From positions 62,001 through 126,000 of the forward strand of contig KZ538067.1 of the NCBI GenBank assembly GCA_000934665.2: 64,000 bases of DNA, given 5' to 3'. This document shows, one piece after another, positions 61,926 to 64,000 of the stretch. The stretch is from Catajapyx aquilonaris. Its lineage: Eukaryota. Each line of letters opens with the position of its first letter. Positions within the stretch are counted from its first letter, which is position 1. A model generated the notes under the pieces. It was not told where the DNA came from. It did no database searches and saw nothing but the letters and a program-made list of their open reading frames with translations. Made by a program: the position numbers and the translations under genes.

Positions 61926-62937
61926 CTGGTAGTGCTTTTGCCCTTCTTGGGTTCTATTGCACAGACCTTTATTAACCTATTACAATCAGTACAGTACATG
62001 CGGAACTTTTTTGCAAAACGCCCAGGTCCGCGGGCAGGGGGAGAGGAGGGGACGTGCAATGTCGGTACCTGGTCAGTTAATAATGGATATCCCATGATAG
62101 GCCTCCTTGGGCCTCTTAGGGGATCATATTTTGTTTGACCGTCTTTAATCATTGCCTGCGCTGTGATGGATTTTGATTGTGGGAGGAAACGGGAGAACCC
62201 CGAGAAAACCCACACGAATACGGAGACAACCCTAATCCTGTCATAAAATGGGAGTTAGCTGTACTCTTGAATGTGTAATCATTATCCATTGGCACCTTCT
62301 TGTGATTATGTGATGACAACATGACCAAATGCACACCTGATTACATATGTGGCTGTGATTCCTGAATTAATTTTATTAAACACACATGGTAAAAAAGAAA
62401 TCATGCACCAACCTGAGGAGGACAGGTATTAACTCAGCCCGGTGTTCAGGCTGTACTGTGCTGCTCTGGAGGTCAACTGGAAAGGCCACTACTTCTGTCC
62501 TGAATTTCTCATCATCAAGGAATCCATACAGGTGCTCCTGGTATGGGACTATGGCCTTATTCCCATATGTCATGAGGCAGTCAAGGGCCAACTTCTGCAC
62601 TTCTGCCACTCGGCTGCTCAAGAGTTGAAGGTACACCTTGCGGAGTTCCTCTTCTTTATACATTGCCCGTGGATTGTGGAACTTGGACACCAGGCTGAGG
62701 TGGGATTTTAGTGACTTCAGCATTGCCTTCTTGCTGCGAGAGGTGTGACAACGTTGGCCAAACACTTCACCCTGTTTCCTTCCTTCCTCCTCTTCATTCT
62801 CCTCCTCCTCTTCCTCATCCTCCTCCTCATTATCTGAGAAGTCCACCACATCATCAATGTCAGCATCTCTGCCCAAGTCTGGCTTCCTCAAGTCGACCAT
62901 AATGGCGAGAGCTGAGTCCACCGAGTTGTATTCTTTG
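43664..62937 (-). CDS. UTP20: Small subunit processome component 20 homolog (HEAT-repeat), 3' 18 coding exons; 5' part is beyond the window
   Basis: All 18 exons have GT-AG boundaries with mutually consistent phases. UTP20-like motifs: VQKLALDCL..Y, FFENICHVQVHRR.RAL, LKSRAEDVRESAR, LHEHTWVRLSASQLLG, basic C-terminus. Confidence 0.93.
43882..43945. repeat. (AAT)n microsatellite
   Basis: Directly visible. Confidence 0.95.
44588..45199. mobile_element. piggyBac-like non-autonomous element
   Basis: TTAA|CCCTTTGACGAC...GTCGTCAAAGGG|TTAA; internal direct and inverted repeats. Confidence 0.85.
45848..46114 (-). CDS. UTP20: UTP20 exon
   Basis: RTVVFHWF...KRE|gtaagt, phase 0/0. Confidence 0.9.
46267..46706 (-). 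CDS. UTP20: UTP20 exon
   Basis: LLHEHTWVRLSASQLLG...TVK|gttaat. Confidence 0.9.
46985..47438 (-). CDS. UTP20: UTP20 exon
   Basis: RPLSEYCGLLF...SVW|gtgagt. Confidence 0.9.
47557..47875 (-). CDS. UTP20: UTP20 exon
   Basis: CEQDLEDSTRQSTAFGLLRA...KFPK|gtatga. Confidence 0.9.
48078..48230. repeat. Intronic tandem duplication (~70-80 bp) seeded by (ATC)n
   Basis: (ATC)n-ACATGCAGTAGATTTTTTAAACTAATTAGTTGAGCGGATGTGTCCAGCAAGAT occurs twice. Confidence 0.9.
48256..48737 (-). CDS. UTP20: UTP20 exon
   Basis: PTDTFII...TNAHVLIHFGL...QLRVLLI|gtatga. Confidence 0.9.
49214..49600 (-). CDS. UTP20: UTP20 exon
   Basis: LCHTDIFGKTAEEKE...RLQ|gtcagc. Confidence 0.9.
50365..50620 (-). CDS. UTP20: UTP20 exon
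   Basis: VLLKLCSFLKSRAEDVRESAR...IIE|gtatga. Confidence 0.9.
50749..51766 (+). mobile_element. Non-autonomous DNA transposon (Harbinger-like, TAA TSD) containing a SINE
   Basis: TAA|AGGGTAATTCCAC...GTGGAATTACCT|TAA; homologous to 22106-25349. Confidence 0.7.
50846..51251 (+). mobile_element. tRNA-derived SINE, family A
   Basis: A/B boxes, (AAT)n tail, 15-bp TSD TAATGGAAAAGTAAT. Confidence 0.92.
51772..52019. mobile_element. MITE with GAAG...CTTC termini and AAAT TSD (Sola-like)
   Basis: AAAT|GAAGACCTCGGGGGAAGAAC...GTTCTTCCCCCGAGGTCTTC|AAAT; 248 bp. Confidence 0.8.
52069..52731. mobile_element. Fold-back mariner derivative built from two transposase 3' ends
   Basis: TA|CGAGGGC...GCCCTCG|TA; both arms carry a degenerate mariner C-terminus (KLVFRWDKCTKVYGDYV). 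Confidence 0.85.
52144..52235. mobile_element. 92-bp hairpin MITE nested in the mariner derivative
   Basis: TA|CAGGGTGTTCCAA...TTGGAACACCCTG|TA, ~40-bp arms. Confidence 0.85.
52876..53254 (-). CDS. UTP20: UTP20 exon
   Basis: Acidic linker, then ILRVPVALALIKLLQTLP...|gtgagt. Confidence 0.88.
53430..54051. mobile_element. PIF/Harbinger-like non-autonomous element with a G-rich core
   Basis: TTA|AGCCTGTG..AAAAAAAAGTCG...CGACTTTTTTTTG..ACAGGCT|TTA. Confidence 0.75.
54146..54311 (-). CDS. UTP20: UTP20 exon
   Basis: ATGAICRCLPW...ILNAFHFDLS..|gtaagc. Confidence 0.9.
54381..54519 (-). CDS. UTP20: UTP20 exon
   Basis: LSRHL...LIDAAIE|gtagat. Confidence 0.88.
54644..54777 (-). CDS. UTP20: UTP20 exon
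   Basis: DLEADFFENICHVQVHRRWRALG. Confidence 0.9.
54845..55042 (-). CDS. UTP20: UTP20 exon
   Basis: EQDMSLRNSS...LGVL|gtatgt. Confidence 0.9.
55171..55383 (-). CDS. UTP20: UTP20 exon
   Basis: LNAWNPNQADEPDYNLRLEAF...|gtgagt. Confidence 0.9.
55951..56313 (-). mobile_element. tRNA-derived SINE, family A
   Basis: Reverse-complement family A copy with (AAT)n tail, TSD ATGATGCCAATA. Confidence 0.92.
56573..57332 (+). mobile_element. Internally deleted Tc1/mariner-superfamily element with ~95-bp TIRs and an open 164-aa fusion ORF (56733-57227)
   Basis: TA TSD; TIRs differ at ~3 of 95 positions; ORF is the HTH N-terminus (RFDETGSVLDQKKPGKGR) fused in frame to the LWGYLKEKVY C-terminus; catalytic DDD/E core absent. 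Confidence 0.92.
57656..58038 (-). CDS. UTP20: UTP20 exon
   Basis: YGVLLLWPHLGAILSYL...LCE|gtagga. Confidence 0.9.
58364..59041 (-). CDS. UTP20: UTP20 exon
   Basis: VWPLLERLPSEGVYSPTPLLKL...|gtatgt. Confidence 0.9.
59377..60285 (+). mobile_element. Defective mariner (DD34D, irritans-like termini), internally deleted
   Basis: TA|CGAGGGGCGGTCATAAAGTTCTT...AAGAACTTTATGACCGCCCCTCG|TA; WVPRLL and HPPNSADLAPSDFFLF motifs; stop codon and frameshifts. Confidence 0.92.
60972..61138 (-). CDS. UTP20: UTP20 exon
   Basis: ILYGKMQQK...RRNLVVRYLTGC..|gtcagg. Confidence 0.9.
61847..62227 (-). mobile_element. 5'-truncated SINE, family C (V-domain-like core, family-B-type 3' end, (TTA)n tail)
   Basis: On -: GTGGGTTTTCTCGGGGTTCTCCCGTTTCCTCCCACA ... 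AATAAAGGTCTGTGC ... (ATT)n. Confidence 0.75.
62413..62937 (-). CDS. UTP20: UTP20 exon (most 5' in the window)
   Basis: KFHNPRAMYKE..L...QKLALDCLMTY...HRAELIPVLLR|gttggt. Confidence 0.9.
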
Positions 62938-63502
62938 CTGAAATAAATAATAATGATGAGAATTCAATTACTGTCACTAATGTGATCATTAGGGTCCGGA
63001 TTTTTAGGCAAATGCCTATTTAGTTCCTTTGCAGTTGGGATGGTCTTGTGTAGAGATCTATTAGTTTCATAAGTGCAGGATGTGGAAAATGTAGGTTTTA
63101 TAGTGCTTAAAATTGCCTATTTCATGGTTTTGGGAACTATTTTGTCTATTAGGGCTTTTTGCAACTTTTCATGGCTATTTCGGGATAATTTTTGAACTTT
63201 TTGATGCGATTTCGGGACTTTTGGGCCTATTCTGGACCTATTCCTTCAGAGGCATGTTTGTTTTTTGCTGAGTATTTTTTATGCTCTTGAAAGGACCAAA
63301 ATCGTTCAGAAGTAATCAGTTTCACTAAGGAAAATCCAGAAAAATATTTGGTAACATACTGTGCAAGTGGAAACGGGCTATAAGCGGTAACAGTCCACAG
63401 CAAGTGAATCTTGCTTGCACTTTGTCTTTTGCCAAAGTTTTGTGATTTTCTGTCGGTTTATCATTGGTTTATTCAGTTTTTGCTCTGGTTTGTCACCCTA
63501 TA

Positions 63503-64000
63503 CAGTAAAACTTCCATAAGTTGAATCTCCATGGGACCAGGAAAACACTTCGAGTTATAGAAGATTCGAGTTAGAGAAGTTTGGAATTATTTAAGCACCT
63601 AACTATATAAGGAAGCCTACCTTTATATCCAGCGATGAAAAGTGTTCAAAACTTTAAAATTATTGTCATTATCACACTTACAATGTTTCTCATTGTTTTG
63701 TTGTGAAAAAATCTCCGTTATGGACATTTGGCTACTCTTAAATTCAAGGATTCAATTTTCACAATCGATTCTGGCAAACACTTCTTTGGTTACGTCTGGT
63801 AGACGGAGATGAAGAAATTGAGCCTTTCTGGACATGTGGCCTACTCTCTACCCTTCAGCTGGGAAATGAGACAATTTTCTGTACTCGCCAACATGAACTT
63901 CGACTTAGGGAGACTGAAAATGCATCGATATCCCATCGTAAGGCCCCGCCAGCACTTTGAGTTATGGAGAACTTCTAGTTATGGAAGTCTATTTCCTATC
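63503..64000. mobile_element. Tigger/pogo-like element, truncated by the window end
   Basis: TA|CAGTAAAACTTCC; shares an inverted segment with 37180-37445. Confidence 0.75.

Overview
Eukaryotic (invertebrate, most likely arthropod-like) nuclear DNA, AT-rich and dense in transposon relics. I reconstructed four protein-coding genes by hand from splice sites and exon phases. (1) On +, an unusual gene of at least 3 coding exons (6328-10720) encodes an ~855-aa Lys/Ser/Pro-rich protein with tandem SKKP-type repeats and a C-terminal HMG box split over two exons; an ~11-unit, ~200-bp satellite with (GAA)n expansions follows immediately. On -, in tandem: (2) the last 18 coding exons of UTP20 (62937-43664; 5' part is outside the window); (3) SQSTM1/p62/ref(2)P (PB1-ZZ-LIR-UBA), with a TATA box, a perfect 4-unit heat-shock element and an M-box upstream; (4) COX7C. 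Introns and intergenic DNA hold tRNA-derived SINEs of three modular families, many MITEs (Tc1/mariner, pogo/Tigger, hAT, Harbinger, piggyBac, EnSpm-like, Sola-like), two Helitrons, internally deleted mariner-type elements (one with an open in-frame fusion ORF), microsatellites and one assembly gap. Coordinates were read by eye and no database searches were run; TE superfamily calls rest on termini and TSD patterns.
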